Part shown: piece after piece, positions 49,796 to 62,188 of the stretch
Layout: each line of letters opens with the position of its first letter
How positions within the stretch are numbered: position 1 is the stretch's first letter
NCBI GenBank assembly: GCA_033762295.1
Contig: JANRLW010000075.1
Coordinates: 1-64,000 of the forward strand
DNA: 64,000 bases
Reading direction: 5' to 3'
Source of the DNA: Capsulimonadales bacterium
Lineage (GTDB): Bacteria; Armatimonadota; Armatimonadia; Armatimonadales; Armatimonadaceae
Notes under the pieces: model-generated
Told to the model about the DNA's origin: nothing
Seen by the model: only the letters and a program-made list of their open reading frames with translations
Database searches by the model: none
Translations under genes and position numbers: made by a program

Positions 49796-50881
49796 TTATC
49801 GCCGTTCCGAGGTGACGGGTTCCGCAGGTTCGACCGCGCCGGGCGGCGGGGTGTCTCCCCCGCCGCTTTGGCCCCAGCCGGGGAAATAATCGACTGAGCC
49901 GTCCGCGTAGGTGACCGTCGTGTTGCCATAGATATCCCAGACGATGGTGACCGGAAGGCCGGGATCGGGACCGGTGATGCGGGCGCGTCCGGAACCGTCG
50001 GCATGGTAGAGGTACTCCGCCGTGTAGCCGTCCGATCCGGTGAACCGGGTGCCCCCGCTGCCGTCGGCCCGCCAGGAGCTGACGCTTTCCGACCAGTTTC
50101 CGTCCGCCGAATCCCAGCGGCTTTTCCCGGTCGAATCGCCGTTTCCGGTCCACGAACTCACCCCGCTCTCCTTGCTGCCGTCGGAAAAGCGGTGTTCATA
50201 ATCCGATCGTCCCGAACCGTCGGCGTTCAGGACATTCAGAGAGCGACCACCGGTTCCGGCGAGGGTGCCTTCGGTGAAGGAGTAGGAGGACTCGTACGTT
50301 TGCGGGTAGATCGAGTAGTCCGTCGGGTGCGTGGTGACGATCCGGCCCGCCGTCCGCGTCTTGCCCTCATCGACGAACAGGGAATAGGTCTGTTTGCCCG
50401 GCTCATTGGTAATCTCCACCCAGAGTCCGAGGAAAAAGTCGTAATAGAAGAAGTCCTCGAACCCGTCAGGACCGGGAGAGGGACCGGGGGAAGCGCCGTC
50501 CTCCCTGCCGGTATCCGCGATCACGAGCCGGGAGAGCGCGGCAAAACTCGCCAGGGAGGCCGCCTGTCGAGCCGGGGGAACACAGGCGACATGACGCAAA
50601 AACGCTCCGACCAACGGCGCTCCGTTCCCTTTGGGAACTCCGGGCCGGGTCGCCGGACCGTTCCGGACGAGCGCGGTGCTCTCGGTCTGAAAACCGGCGA
50701 GTTCCGCGCGTCGGGTCGCGTTTTGATGCAGGGATTGCACCTGGGTGCGAGTGGCCGCGTTCGGCGCGGACTTCGACACCGTCCTCCCGCTGCCCGAGCC
50801 GCCGCACCCGGCGAGCAGTAGCGCGACAACGGCGACGGCAAAAATCAACAAGCGGCGTATCCATAATGTCGGTCGAACCAT
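49796..50881 (-). CDS. Lipoprotein of unknown function, beta-rich
   Basis: LLAGC lipobox; repeated (A)DGSG turns in the C-terminal half. Confidence 0.72.
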   Translation of the reverse strand: MVRPTLWIRRLLIFAVAVVALLLAGCGGSGSGRTVSKSAPNAATRTQVQSLHQNATRRAELAGFQTESTALVRNGPATRPGVPKGNGAPLVGAFLRHVACVPPARQAASLASFAALSRLVIADTGREDGASPGPSPGPDGFEDFFYYDFFLGLWVEITNEPGKQTYSLFVDEGKTRTAGRIVTTHPTDYSIYPQTYESSYSFTEGTLAGTGGRSLNVLNADGSGRSDYEHRFSDGSKESGVSSWTGNGDSTGKSRWDSADGNWSESVSSWRADGSGGTRFTGSDGYTAEYLYHADGSGRARITGPDPGLPVTIVWDIYGNTTVTYADGSVDYFPGWGQSGGGDTPPPGAVEPAEPVTSERR

Positions 50882-51043
50882 AACATACCCCCGGAGAAGA
50901 ATGGCCGACTCTTTCGACCGACCACTCGCTTCCTTTCTTCAAATATACCAAAAAAAGAACGAAACGAACGTTCGGCGCTTCTCCGGTTCGTGCCGAACGT
51001 GAAAACTTGCCGGATGGGGCGTGAGCAGGATAGTCTATAGGGA

Positions 51044-53116
51044 GTGTCTACCACCCGTCGCAGCCGCCTGGAACGTCTTTTCGGAGCGCAGGGGCCGCTC
51101 CTCCGGCACTGGCCCGGCTTCATCCCCCGACCGCAGCAGATCGCGCTGGCGGAGACGATCACGAACGCCCTCGCCGACGGACGCCCCGCTCTCTGCGAAG
51201 CGGGGACCGGGGTGGGCAAGACGCTGGCCTATCTGGTGCCGCTCGTCCATTATCTGAAACGGGGCGGACGCGCGGTCGTTTCCACCCATACGCTCGCCCT
51301 GCAGGCGCAGCTGGTCGAACGTGATATCCCCAACCTCTGCGCGGCGTTCCCCGAACTCGATATCCGGCCCGCCGTACTGAAAGGCCGGTCGAACTATCTC
51401 TGTCTGCAGGACCTCGATATCGCGACCGGAGAACTCTGGACGGTCGGCGACGCCCAGTTCACGCAGATCCGACGCTGGGCCAGGGAGAGCGAAACCGGCG
51501 ATGTCGCCGAACTGGATTTCTCCTATCCGTACTGGAGCGATATCGCCGCCAACCAGGATACCTGCCGGGGACGGGAGTGCCGGTTCTTCGACCGCTGCTT
51601 CTACTACCGCGCCCGACGCGAGGCCGAGGACGCCAACCTGCTGGTCGTCAATCACGCGCTCTATTTCACCGATCTCCGGCTGCGGCGCGAGATGCCGGGC
51701 ATGTCTCACCTGATTCCGGAGCACACGATGGTCGTCTTCGATGAGGCGCATCATGTCGAGGACGCGGCGACCAGGGCGTTCGGTCTGGAATGGGGATCAC
51801 GACGGGTGCCGACGCTTCTCGGACGGGCGCGACGTGTACCGGGGATCGAGCGCGGGACGCTGGATGCGATCGAAACCCTCAATGCCGGCCTGCTCGCGCC
51901 GTTCGCCGGAACCGATCGGCAGGAGGCGTTTATGGAGGAAGCCTTGATCTCCGACAGCGACCGACAGGCGTTCGGGCAGACGCGCGATGAGCTGGCAGCC
52001 TCCCTTCGCGCCCTCTCCCGCGAGTTAACCAGAGCCGCCGATAACGCCGACGCGCCGTCGGACCGGGACCGTGCTCAGGGACTGGCGCGTCTCGCCTCCC
52101 GGACCGCGCTCGAACTCCGGACCGTGACGCGGGCGGAGAAGGGGATGGAGGAGAAGGAGTCCGACGCCGCCGACGAGACCCCTTACTTCCGCTGGTACCA
52201 AACGCGGAAAAGCCGCAACGGACAGGTATTTTCCACCCTGATCCGGACGCCCCTCGAAATCGGAAAGTACCTGCGCGAAACCCTGCTGAAAACCACCCCC
52301 CGCTGTATCTTCGTTTCCGCCACCCTGTCGACGGGCGGCGGATTCGATTATCTGAAGCAGCGGCTCGGAATGAACGAGAGCGCGGTCGAACCGTACGAGA
52401 CGTGTCAGGGGTCGCCCTTCGATTTTCGTAGCAACTGCTTGCTGTACGTTCCCCGAACGCTCGGACTGCCGGTCGGAGGGTTTCGCCAGGGCGGCTCCGA
52501 CGCCACGGACGACTATCATCGCCGCCTCCTCGATGAAGTCGAGCGATTGATCCGGGCCGCGCGCGGGCGGACCTTCGTGCTGTTCACCTCCCATCGGGTC
52601 CTGCGGTTAGCGGAGGAGCGACTGCGAGAGTCCTGCCCCTACCCGTTGTTCGTCCAGGGAGAAATGCCCAATGGCCGGCTGGTCGAAGGATTTATCGACG
52701 CGGGGAACGGGGTCCTTCTCGGAACAAACTCCTTCTGGGAGGGAGTGGATGTTTCCGGACCGGCGCTCTCCTGTGTCGTGATCGATAAACTGCCCTTCCC
52801 GACACCCGACACGCCGCTGCAGCGGGCGCGCGAGCAGGCGATCAAGGAGCGAGGGGGCGATACCTTTCGCGAGTGGTCCCTGCCGCAGACCCAGATCCGT
52901 CTGAAGCAGGGGTTCGGGCGGCTCCTGCGCACGGTGACCGATCGCGGAGTGGTGGCGATTCTGGATGAGCGTCTTCGGACGAAGGGGTACGGGCGCGGCC
53001 TGCTGAACGAACTGCCGCCCGCGCCGCGCACCGACGATTTCGCGGAGGTCGAAGCCTTTTTCGCCGTGGCCGAGCGCGCCGAGTCCGTTTCGACGTCGGA
53101 ACCGGCGGGCAATTGA
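51044..53116 (+). CDS. dinG: DinG/YoaA family ATP-dependent DNA helicase
   Basis: EAGTGVGKT, KGRSNYLC, Fe-S cysteines CRGRECRFFDRC, VVNHAL, DEAH, SATL, FWEGVD, QGFGRLLR. Confidence 0.93.
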   Translation: MSTTRRSRLERLFGAQGPLLRHWPGFIPRPQQIALAETITNALADGRPALCEAGTGVGKTLAYLVPLVHYLKRGGRAVVSTHTLALQAQLVERDIPNLCAAFPELDIRPAVLKGRSNYLCLQDLDIATGELWTVGDAQFTQIRRWARESETGDVAELDFSYPYWSDIAANQDTCRGRECRFFDRCFYYRARREAEDANLLVVNHALYFTDLRLRREMPGMSHLIPEHTMVVFDEAHHVEDAATRAFGLEWGSRRVPTLLGRARRVPGIERGTLDAIETLNAGLLAPFAGTDRQEAFMEEALISDSDRQAFGQTRDELAASLRALSRELTRAADNADAPSDRDRAQGLARLASRTALELRTVTRAEKGMEEKESDAADETPYFRWYQTRKSRNGQVFSTLIRTPLEIGKYLRETLLKTTPRCIFVSATLSTGGGFDYLKQRLGMNESAVEPYETCQGSPFDFRSNCLLYVPRTLGLPVGGFRQGGSDATDDYHRRLLDEVERLIRAARGRTFVLFTSHRVLRLAEERLRESCPYPLFVQGEMPNGRLVEGFIDAGNGVLLGTNSFWEGVDVSGPALSCVVIDKLPFPTPDTPLQRAREQAIKERGGDTFREWSLPQTQIRLKQGFGRLLRTVTDRGVVAILDERLRTKGYGRGLLNELPPAPRTDDFAEVEAFFAVAERAESVSTSEPAGN

Positions 53117-53211
53117 TTTTCGCGAGGAGCGAGCAACAATCCCGGTGCCGTGTGGTTAAATAGGGGAAAATCGGACGTCGGGCGCGTCTCTACGGTTACG
53201 CCTGAACGAAT

Positions 53212-53604
53212 ATGCATATCGGAGTGGTAACGCTGCGTTTGGAAATCGACTCCGCTGACTCACTGAAGGACAAACGGCAGGTCGTGCGCAGCCTGCTGCA
53301 GCATCTTCGCAACAAATTCAATGTTTCCGCCTCCGAGGTGGACGATCTGGGACTGTGGCGGCGGGCGACCGTCGGCGTCGCCATTGTCACCAATGACGCG
53401 CGGTTCGCCAATCAGGTGTTATCGCAGGCCGTCAACCATGTGGAGTCGGACCCGCGCGTGGCTCTGGAAGACTACGCCCTGGAAATCCTTCCTTTTGTTC
53501 CGAGCGGAGACCCGGAAGAAGGGATGCAAGCGATCGGCGACGAACCGGACGACCGGGAGCAAACGGAGTTCCGTCAATGGTTTTTGACGCCGCCGACGGA
53601 TTGA
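53212..53604 (+). CDS. DUF503 family protein
   Basis: MHIGVVTLRLEI...SLKDKRQVVRSL...FNVSASEVD. Confidence 0.88.
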   Translation: MHIGVVTLRLEIDSADSLKDKRQVVRSLLQHLRNKFNVSASEVDDLGLWRRATVGVAIVTNDARFANQVLSQAVNHVESDPRVALEDYALEILPFVPSGDPEEGMQAIGDEPDDREQTEFRQWFLTPPTD

Positions 53605-54375
53605 TGTCGACTAAAGATTGATTTCGGAAACGCAGATAATAGCCAAAGGGGAATAGGAAATGATACCGGGTGCGCCCGCCTGGCGCGGGTAAAATAACTC
53701 GGTGATCCTGTCCGTATACTGGCATGACGATTCCGGAAATTCTTGGTGAGGTCGCGGGCCTTCCCGTGCTGACGGTAGCGGAGACGACGGGTGCCTCCAC
53801 GGACACCCTTGTTTCGCCTCTGACCGTTCTGTCGAAGCAGGGCCGCCTTCTCTTGCGACTCTCCGCCGCGCTCGATACCCTGGAAACTCGTGTCGGCGAG
53901 CTCCGGGCGCAGCAGGAGGCGGAACGTCAGGAGCGAGAGCGGCTGTTGCGGATCGCCGATCAGTGGCATACCGCCGAACGTCGCTTGCGACAGGAGTCGG
54001 AGGAGCGGTTCGAGAAAACCGTTCTGGAAGCGATCCACTTTCTCGATTCGCTGGAGTGGGCGGCGGACGCGCTGGCGGCCAAACGGCATGCGCTGGCGAA
54101 GGAGGTGGCCCTCGCGCGCAAGGATGGCGTTCAGCGTCTGGCATCTCTGGGAGTCACCGAAGTGCCTGCGGTCGGTCCGGCCGACGGGCGTCTGCATGAA
54201 GGAGTGGACACGGTTTCGACGAACACCGTGCCCCCCTATCATATTGTGAAAGTCATCCGGTGCGGATGGCAGGCCGGCGAAAAGGTGCTGCGTCGTGCGG
54301 CGGTCCTCACGGCCGTTCCCCTGACGGCAGGGAAGAATGGAGCGGAGGCCGACTCCGCCACCACGGAAGAAACAA

Positions 54376-56175
<1,800 letters not shown>

Positions 56176-56195
56176 GGAAGAGGAGGAAGAGGTTC

Positions 56196-56717
56196 ATGGA
56201 GAATCGCCAGGATCGCCCGTCGGAAGCCGTGCTGGAAATACCGATCCCGGAGGCCTGCCCCGTGTGCGGCGTCGCCTGGGCGGAAGGCGTTTGCGCCCGG
56301 TGCGGGCTGACGCGCGAGGACATCGTCGGTCTGTTGCGGCGGGGCTGTGATGCCTATGTTGCGGCGCGGACCGCGGCCCGACAGGGCGATTTTGCCGGCG
56401 CACGACGTCTGCTGCACGAGGTGCGTCGCTCCGGCATCCCCGCCCTCTCGGAACATCCCGCCGTCCTCCGTCTCGCCGAACTCTGTGCCGATCCTTTCCT
56501 GGTCCCGGACGATGACATGCCGGCAAAAGGTGATTCCGTTATCCCGGCGGCCACGGCAACGCCCGCCGGGGAATCCGGCGGTCTTCCGGCCTGGCTGACC
56601 CCGTTCGCCGTCGGAGGCAGCCTTTTCGGATTGGCGGCGTTCGTCATGGCGTTCTTCGCCCTGCTGCTGTCCGTCGTCGCTCTCGTACTCGCTCTGATCG
56701 CCTTGCTTCGCTCCTGA
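56196..56717 (+). CDS. Zinc-ribbon / helical / C-terminal membrane-anchor protein
   Basis: CPVC...CARC, a TPR-like helix (AARQGDFAGARRLL) and a long hydrophobic C-terminus; SD GAGGAGG. Confidence 0.7.
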   Translation: MENRQDRPSEAVLEIPIPEACPVCGVAWAEGVCARCGLTREDIVGLLRRGCDAYVAARTAARQGDFAGARRLLHEVRRSGIPALSEHPAVLRLAELCADPFLVPDDDMPAKGDSVIPAATATPAGESGGLPAWLTPFAVGGSLFGLAAFVMAFFALLLSVVALVLALIALLRS

Positions 56718-56908
56718 AAAAACACAGCCCGTTTCTCAGTACATCAGGAATTTACCGGGAATACTGAAGAACCGGGAGCGTTTCGACCGATACTTCAAAT
56801 AGCACTTCCTGGAAATGTTTCTTCGTCGAACCGTTCCGTGGGCGAACGATACCGAAGAACCGGTCCGGGAGCCTCGCGTTTCCGCGGAAAGATAACACTC
56901 TTACCGAT

Positions 56909-58279
56909 ATGTCAGCAGAAGAATCGGAAAACAAAGAAATGGTAAGTGCAGCCACATCCAATACACTGTTGGGCGGTATCTCGTCGGGCGAAAGGGAAAC
57001 GCTATACGATGCACTCGGCGTCGCGGAAAACGCGACGATCGATGAGATCAAACAGGCCTACTACCGTTTGATACGGCAGTACCGACCGAATGACAATCCG
57101 GAACGGTTTCAGAAGTTCAATGAGGCCAGCCGAACGCTCACCGATGCGCGTCGCCGGGGAGAGTACGACCAGCATCGTCGGGTCGGTCGCCGAATCCAAA
57201 CGCTTTTGGATCAGGCCGCCTTCTCGCTGGACAGCGATGCTCAGAAGGCGATTCAGCTCCTGAAAACGGCGATCGCCCTCGCGCCGGATATGCAGCGGCC
57301 GCGCTACCTGCTCGCCCATGTCCTGATGAAGGTGGAGGAGTATGAGCAGGCGGAAAAGCAGTACCGCTGGCTGCTCAAGGCCAATCCTCGCGATGAAACC
57401 CTCTACTATCGCATTGCTCGCTGCCAGTTCTATCAGGAACAGTACGGCATGGCACGCAAGACCGTGGGACGCGCCTTCGCGCTGAATCCGCGGTACTACG
57501 ATGCCTGGGTTCTTCTGGCGAGAATCGAGGAGAAGGTCGGCGACATCGAACGCGCGGTCTCCCTGCTCGAACGGGCGATCTCCAACGACAATGTCGAGAG
57601 CTTTGCCGACCTGGAAGCGATGATCCGACTGCTCTCGCTCGTCCATCGACAGAAGGATTCCACGCTTCAGGACGCGACCTTCGTTCGCCTGAAAGCGATC
57701 CTGCCGGAAGGAGACGTCGAAAAAGCGGGTCGCGCCGTTCGATCCTGTATTCGCCGCGCCATCGAACTGCAACAGGAAGGCAACGTTCACGCCGCCCGAA
57801 GTCTCCTGCGATATGCCGGGCGGATCAATGAGGCCGATCCGCAGGCGCTTAGAGAGGCCGCCCACCTCCAGCGAGAGATCGAACGGAACGAGGAAGTGCC
57901 CGAACTGCTGAAGGATAGCCAGGTTCCCGTGCCGTTGCGGGAAATTCTGCTCACGCACCATACCCACGTAATGACCGAGGATCAGAAGACAGGCTGGCGG
58001 GAAGCGGTGGTGGATAACCTTCTGAAGATGTTTTCGGCGGACCTGAACGGCCTGCAGCGAACGGCGCTCTATGCGCGGATCAAGTATCCGCGGATCGCTC
58101 AGGAAAACGGGATCTTGCTCGATCTGCTCGAACAGCGGATCGATCGGCAGATGAGCGGAATGTTGCAGGCGGCACGTCTCGGCAATAAACTCGATACCCT
58201 CCCCGGCGCGACACCCGTCGTCGAGGAGGAGAAGCCGGCCCGAAAAGGAATCCTCGATATTTTCCGTCGGAAAGCCTGA
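56909..58279 (+). CDS. J-domain (non-canonical, no HPD) + TPR protein
   Basis: LYDALGVAENATIDEIKQAYYRLIRQYRPNDNPERFQKFNEASRTLTDARRRGEYD followed by several TPR repeats. Confidence 0.85.
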   Translation: MSAEESENKEMVSAATSNTLLGGISSGERETLYDALGVAENATIDEIKQAYYRLIRQYRPNDNPERFQKFNEASRTLTDARRRGEYDQHRRVGRRIQTLLDQAAFSLDSDAQKAIQLLKTAIALAPDMQRPRYLLAHVLMKVEEYEQAEKQYRWLLKANPRDETLYYRIARCQFYQEQYGMARKTVGRAFALNPRYYDAWVLLARIEEKVGDIERAVSLLERAISNDNVESFADLEAMIRLLSLVHRQKDSTLQDATFVRLKAILPEGDVEKAGRAVRSCIRRAIELQQEGNVHAARSLLRYAGRINEADPQALREAAHLQREIERNEEVPELLKDSQVPVPLREILLTHHTHVMTEDQKTGWREAVVDNLLKMFSADLNGLQRTALYARIKYPRIAQENGILLDLLEQRIDRQMSGMLQAARLGNKLDTLPGATPVVEEEKPARKGILDIFRRKA

Positions 58280-58302
58280 CGGTAAAACGGTCCGTGACTG
58301 CC

Positions 58303-59484
58303 TCAGTGAGGGGAGCGACGGGCCGTTTTTTCCGCCGGGCGAGTGGTGGCGAACGCCCGGATGCGTGAACGGTTCTCCTCCGAGACCGTCAGATGAAACG
58401 GACGGAACTCCGGCATCTCCTCCAGACCACGCGCCAGCAACGGAACGGCATCGGTGACAATATCCATCTCCCATTGCGCGGTGCCGGCAACAAAGGAACG
58501 GCGCGTGACCTTACGAACCCCGGCGAACCGCTCCAGAGCGTCCTCCAGCTTCCCCGCCTGCGCCGCGCTGCGCAAATGGGTGACCACCAGAGTCATCGGC
58601 TGGGAAAGGGCGGCCGGAAGCACCATCAGCGAATCGATCAGCCGTGGAGCGATCACCCCGATCGCCGTTCGAGCCGTCTCCCCGCGCGCGGTGTGGGCAT
58701 TGATGTGATTGGCGGTATCCTCGGCGGCGAACGCGGCAACGATCTCCCCGGTACCTACCCGAACGGCCTGGACGGAAACTTCTCCCTCAATGGAATACAT
58801 CGTCATCGGACCGGCCGCCGTATCGAGCGGCGTCTCATGCGTCGTCGTGAAGCGCGGTCGAATGCGGACGAGGATATCCGCGTTTTCCGACTGATCCACC
58901 ACGACGAATCCCGCCTCGGCCAGACGGTGGCGAAGTTCCTCCGTGGCGATCGGCTCCTTTTGAAGCGGCTTTCCCGCCGAATCCGCCGTCTCGACCGAGA
59001 GGCGGAAATCGCGCGTCAGCTTCAACGCTTTCAATTCGCGAGCAAGCGGCTTCAATGTCACCAGGGCGCGGACGGTGACCGTCACCTCCTCCGGGCCGAT
59101 CTTTTCACGGACCACCTCTTTCAAAGTGGCGAACCCATCGGCGCGGGTCAATACCTGATCCCGCACGAGCGAATAGTTCCGGGTCAGGGATTGGGCCGAG
59201 ACGAAAACGCCCAGCGCCTTCTCCACCGCATGGCGCAACGCCTGGGCTTCCGCCGCACGCCGCGCGCCCGGCACCCCGCCGACACCGATGGCGGCCGTAC
59301 CTTCCGCCACCACCTCGCGAATCTCCTGCGGCGTCACCGTCGACCGCACCGTCGCCCGCCTCGATAGCGCCGCTTCGTCCGCCGGTCGTTCCGGCGACCT
59401 CCCCGCCTGTGCGAATGCGGACGAGACCGGAGAGGCAAAAAAGGCTGCCAGAATCAACACGATCGGACCATGGGGGAAATTCAT
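58303..59484 (-). CDS. Secreted protein with FlgT-N/LPP20-like domain
   Basis: Signal peptide AFA-Q; VVAEGTAAI...ARRAAEAQALRHAVEKALGVFVSAQS...DQVLTRADG; start coupled (ATGA) to the upstream stop. Confidence 0.65.
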   Translation of the reverse strand: MNFPHGPIVLILAAFFASPVSSAFAQAGRSPERPADEAALSRRATVRSTVTPQEIREVVAEGTAAIGVGGVPGARRAAEAQALRHAVEKALGVFVSAQSLTRNYSLVRDQVLTRADGFATLKEVVREKIGPEEVTVTVRALVTLKPLARELKALKLTRDFRLSVETADSAGKPLQKEPIATEELRHRLAEAGFVVVDQSENADILVRIRPRFTTTHETPLDTAAGPMTMYSIEGEVSVQAVRVGTGEIVAAFAAEDTANHINAHTARGETARTAIGVIAPRLIDSLMVLPAALSQPMTLVVTHLRSAAQAGKLEDALERFAGVRKVTRRSFVAGTAQWEMDIVTDAVPLLARGLEEMPEFRPFHLTVSEENRSRIRAFATTRPAEKTARRSPH

Positions 59485-59933
59485 CGATTTCGACCTTTCC
59501 TCAGAAGCCTGCCGAAAGGAAGCGACGGCAGGGAGAAGAGCGCCTCCCGCCACCAGCGTCCCGCCACCAGCCAGAAAACCGCCTGCACGAGAAGGAGAAC
59601 CGCTTTGTAGGAAAAGTCCACCCACCCGGCAGTCCACCAGCGCTCCAGGTTTTGCAGCCCGGCAAGGAGGCTGACGGTGAACAGGCCGAGCGTCAGAAGA
59701 TGAAAGATCCGCTTCCCTCCACCGGGCAAACGGTAGGGAGCCAGCATCCGCGTACGCTGCGTACGGTCCTGCCAGAGCAGGAGGCCGACCATCGCCACAA
59801 AGAGGAGCGCCGTCAGCCAGACGAACGTCATTTCCCATCCGTGTCCGAAGTAGAGAGCCGCGCCCGCTCCGTACAGGGCGCGATCCAGGCAAATGTATAG
59901 CATCAGTGCCGCGGGGCCAAGAAAACGGGGCAT
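59481..59933 (-). CDS. Membrane protein of unknown function (about 4 TM)
   Basis: Hydrophobic 150-aa ORF starting MPRFLGP with SD AGGAAGGA. Confidence 0.7.
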   Translation of the reverse strand: MPRFLGPAALMLYICLDRALYGAGAALYFGHGWEMTFVWLTALLFVAMVGLLLWQDRTQRTRMLAPYRLPGGGKRIFHLLTLGLFTVSLLAGLQNLERWWTAGWVDFSYKAVLLLVQAVFWLVAGRWWREALFSLPSLPFGRLLRKGRNR

Positions 59934-59990
59934 CGCACTCTCTTTCCTTCCTGGAACCGTCGTTATTCGACCATGCATTCGCCCGGGACA

Positions 59991-62072
59991 CTAATCCGAC
60001 GACCGGGTGACGACCTGACCGGCGGAGAGTCGAGCCTGTAGCGCGACTCCGATATCCGGGTCGATCCGGGCGTCACAGGTGCGCGGACGCACTCGTGTCA
60101 CGGTGGCGCGGACCTGGACGGTATCCGTGACCGAGATCAGCAGGGAATCGCCCTGACGCACTCCGTCCGTCGCGCCCAGTCCGACCAGAGCGCAGTCTCC
60201 GTCGATGTCGAGGACACGTCCCGAGATGCCGGGCGAAGCGGACGAGGCATCCGCCGTCGGCGCAACGACCGGGAGAGAACCCGCCGGTAGGAGAGCGGTT
60301 CCGCGCAGGGCAAGCAGACCCCCGGACAGGGCGGTATCGGCGGCGCGGTTGATCAGATCCGGCGAGACCTCCGACGTCGGTTTGGGCAGGTCTTCCGCCG
60401 TCGGGCGACTGTCCTCACCGATCGTGGTCAGGCTGCGCATCCCCTCCGGCGTTTCGCCCGACTCGGTCGTGGAGAACGGTGTCTCCCAGAGAACCAGACC
60501 GTCGGCCAGATCGACCAGACGCAGACTCCCCGACACGGTTACCGTACTTTTCGCGGTCGTATATTGTTCCCAGGTAATCGGACGCGTCCGGCGTTCCTCC
60601 TGATACCGGGCGACCTGCTGTTGCCATTGCGGAACGATCTCTCGCTGGTAACGCCGAATCTCCCGTTGATACTCCTCATCGTTTTTCGTCCCGACGACCT
60701 TCGCGAGCAGCGGCTCGGCCACCGAGCGAACATTGTCGTTACGGATATTGAGATCGAATCGGAGGCGGGACGGACGGCTCGGACAGGCCGGCGCGGCGGC
60801 CATCCAGGGGGTGACCCGTTTGAATTTGGTCGCGTACTCGGTACGGCCCGTGGTGTCCGTGATTTCGATGAGCAGGAGGGCATCGGCAGCCGCCATCTGA
60901 CGGACCCGCGCACGATCCTTCGCCCGGGTGATGCCGGCCTGATCGAGGGCGATTTCGGAAAGCACCTCCGATAAACCCGACCGCTCCAGAACCTCGAACG
61001 TATTCAACAGACGCAACTCGGTGGCCGCGCGGCTGGCGAGACGGCGACGCAGCGCCTCCTCTCCGGGGCCGCTTTTCACTCCGACGACGGCCACGCGTCG
61101 AACGGACCGGAGGTCCCGTGCCGAGTTCAATACCGTCATCGCCTCCGGAAGGGCGAGCGGGTCCGGATGCTGCCGCAGGACGCCGGTCAACTGGTCGGCC
61201 GTCGGCGCGGAAATGACCACGCGGACGCGTCCGCCCGGCTTGCGCTCCCGCCAGGACACCGTATCCCCCGGCGCGATCGTCCGGCCTGCCGTCAGAGCCG
61301 TCAGCGTCTCCCGGAAACCCTCCGGAGTCGGTGCGCTCCGATCGAGCAGGATCAACTCGTCCATTTCGGCGCACCGGGCGGTCACCTTCGGGTACTCCCC
61401 GGCGGCGACGAAATGTGAACGACGGACGTCCGGGGCGGTCGAACCCATCACGATCCGAACGAACGGCGTCGCCGCCGCGTGGGCTTCGGGCGACGACGGA
61501 ACCACCGCCAGGGAACGAACATTCCGCTTCCGGAACCCGCGAGGCGGTTCGGTCAGACGGCGAAAATCCAGAATCGCCTGTTTGAGCCAGACCGCATCCG
61601 GGGCGGACAGAATCACCTCATAGGTCGGCCCGGAAGAGTAGACGACGCGCGTCACCTCTTGATAGTTGTCGTCCCGTTCCGCCGTGCAGCGTTCCGGGAA
61701 GCGAACCCCGTCGGGCAACCGCTGACGATTGATCAGGTAGACCGCAGAGACAAACCGACGAAGATCGCTCGGAAGTTTGTCCCACTCCTCGGGCGTGACA
61801 ATCCGCCGTTCACGATGCTGGCAGCCCTGCAACAGCAGATCGGCGAGAGCTGGGTCCTCATTGGTGATGACATACACCCGGCTCTTTCGAAAGATATTCA
61901 GGATGTCGCCTTCCCGCTTCGGCGCGGCCTGCGCGGCGGATGGCGGAATGATCAGCGGTGAGATAAATGGCAGAACGCTACCCGGCAAAAGTGCGGGAAG
62001 CGTTGCGACCGCCGCCAGGAATCCGCCTGGGCGTCGCCCGCGGAACCTCGTTGAAGAATCCCCTTGTCCCAT
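59991..62072 (-). CDS. Secreted multidomain protein with CsgG/HfaB-like and FlgT-C-like domains
   Basis: RRVAVV...FEVLERSGLSEVLSEIALDQAG...ADALL...LRLVDLADGLVLW; C-terminal GRVLDIDGD.ALVGLGATDGVRQGD. Confidence 0.65.
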   Translation of the reverse strand: MGQGDSSTRFRGRRPGGFLAAVATLPALLPGSVLPFISPLIIPPSAAQAAPKREGDILNIFRKSRVYVITNEDPALADLLLQGCQHRERRIVTPEEWDKLPSDLRRFVSAVYLINRQRLPDGVRFPERCTAERDDNYQEVTRVVYSSGPTYEVILSAPDAVWLKQAILDFRRLTEPPRGFRKRNVRSLAVVPSSPEAHAAATPFVRIVMGSTAPDVRRSHFVAAGEYPKVTARCAEMDELILLDRSAPTPEGFRETLTALTAGRTIAPGDTVSWRERKPGGRVRVVISAPTADQLTGVLRQHPDPLALPEAMTVLNSARDLRSVRRVAVVGVKSGPGEEALRRRLASRAATELRLLNTFEVLERSGLSEVLSEIALDQAGITRAKDRARVRQMAAADALLLIEITDTTGRTEYATKFKRVTPWMAAAPACPSRPSRLRFDLNIRNDNVRSVAEPLLAKVVGTKNDEEYQREIRRYQREIVPQWQQQVARYQEERRTRPITWEQYTTAKSTVTVSGSLRLVDLADGLVLWETPFSTTESGETPEGMRSLTTIGEDSRPTAEDLPKPTSEVSPDLINRAADTALSGGLLALRGTALLPAGSLPVVAPTADASSASPGISGRVLDIDGDCALVGLGATDGVRQGDSLLISVTDTVQVRATVTRVRPRTCDARIDPDIGVALQARLSAGQVVTRSSD

Positions 62073-62188
62073 GGCCTGAGTATACCTTCCGGAACATGAT
62101 CTGCCGGGAGATGTAGGGCTCCCGGCAGAAAAACCTGCAAAACTTTGGGGAGTCGCCCGTCCGGCGACCGTCTATCGGTAATCGTGCA

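Noticed and set aside
49680..50153. N-terminal extension of the amidase given in the ORF track (445 aa)
   Set aside because: It overlaps the lipoprotein gene in another frame; a good SD precedes ATG 49679.
51044..53116. DinG as CasDinG of a type IV CRISPR system
   Set aside because: No csf genes or array nearby; it keeps Fe-S cysteines typical of housekeeping YoaA/DinG.
53715..53726. Leaderless promoter for the grpE-like gene (TATACT-3 nt-ATG)
   Set aside because: A 3-nt gap is too short for the TSS to include this ATG, so it was left out of the leaderless set.
59485..59991. N-terminal extension of ORF 58303-59991 (562 aa)
   Set aside because: It overlaps the membrane-protein gene; the signal peptide begins at the coupled ATG 59484.
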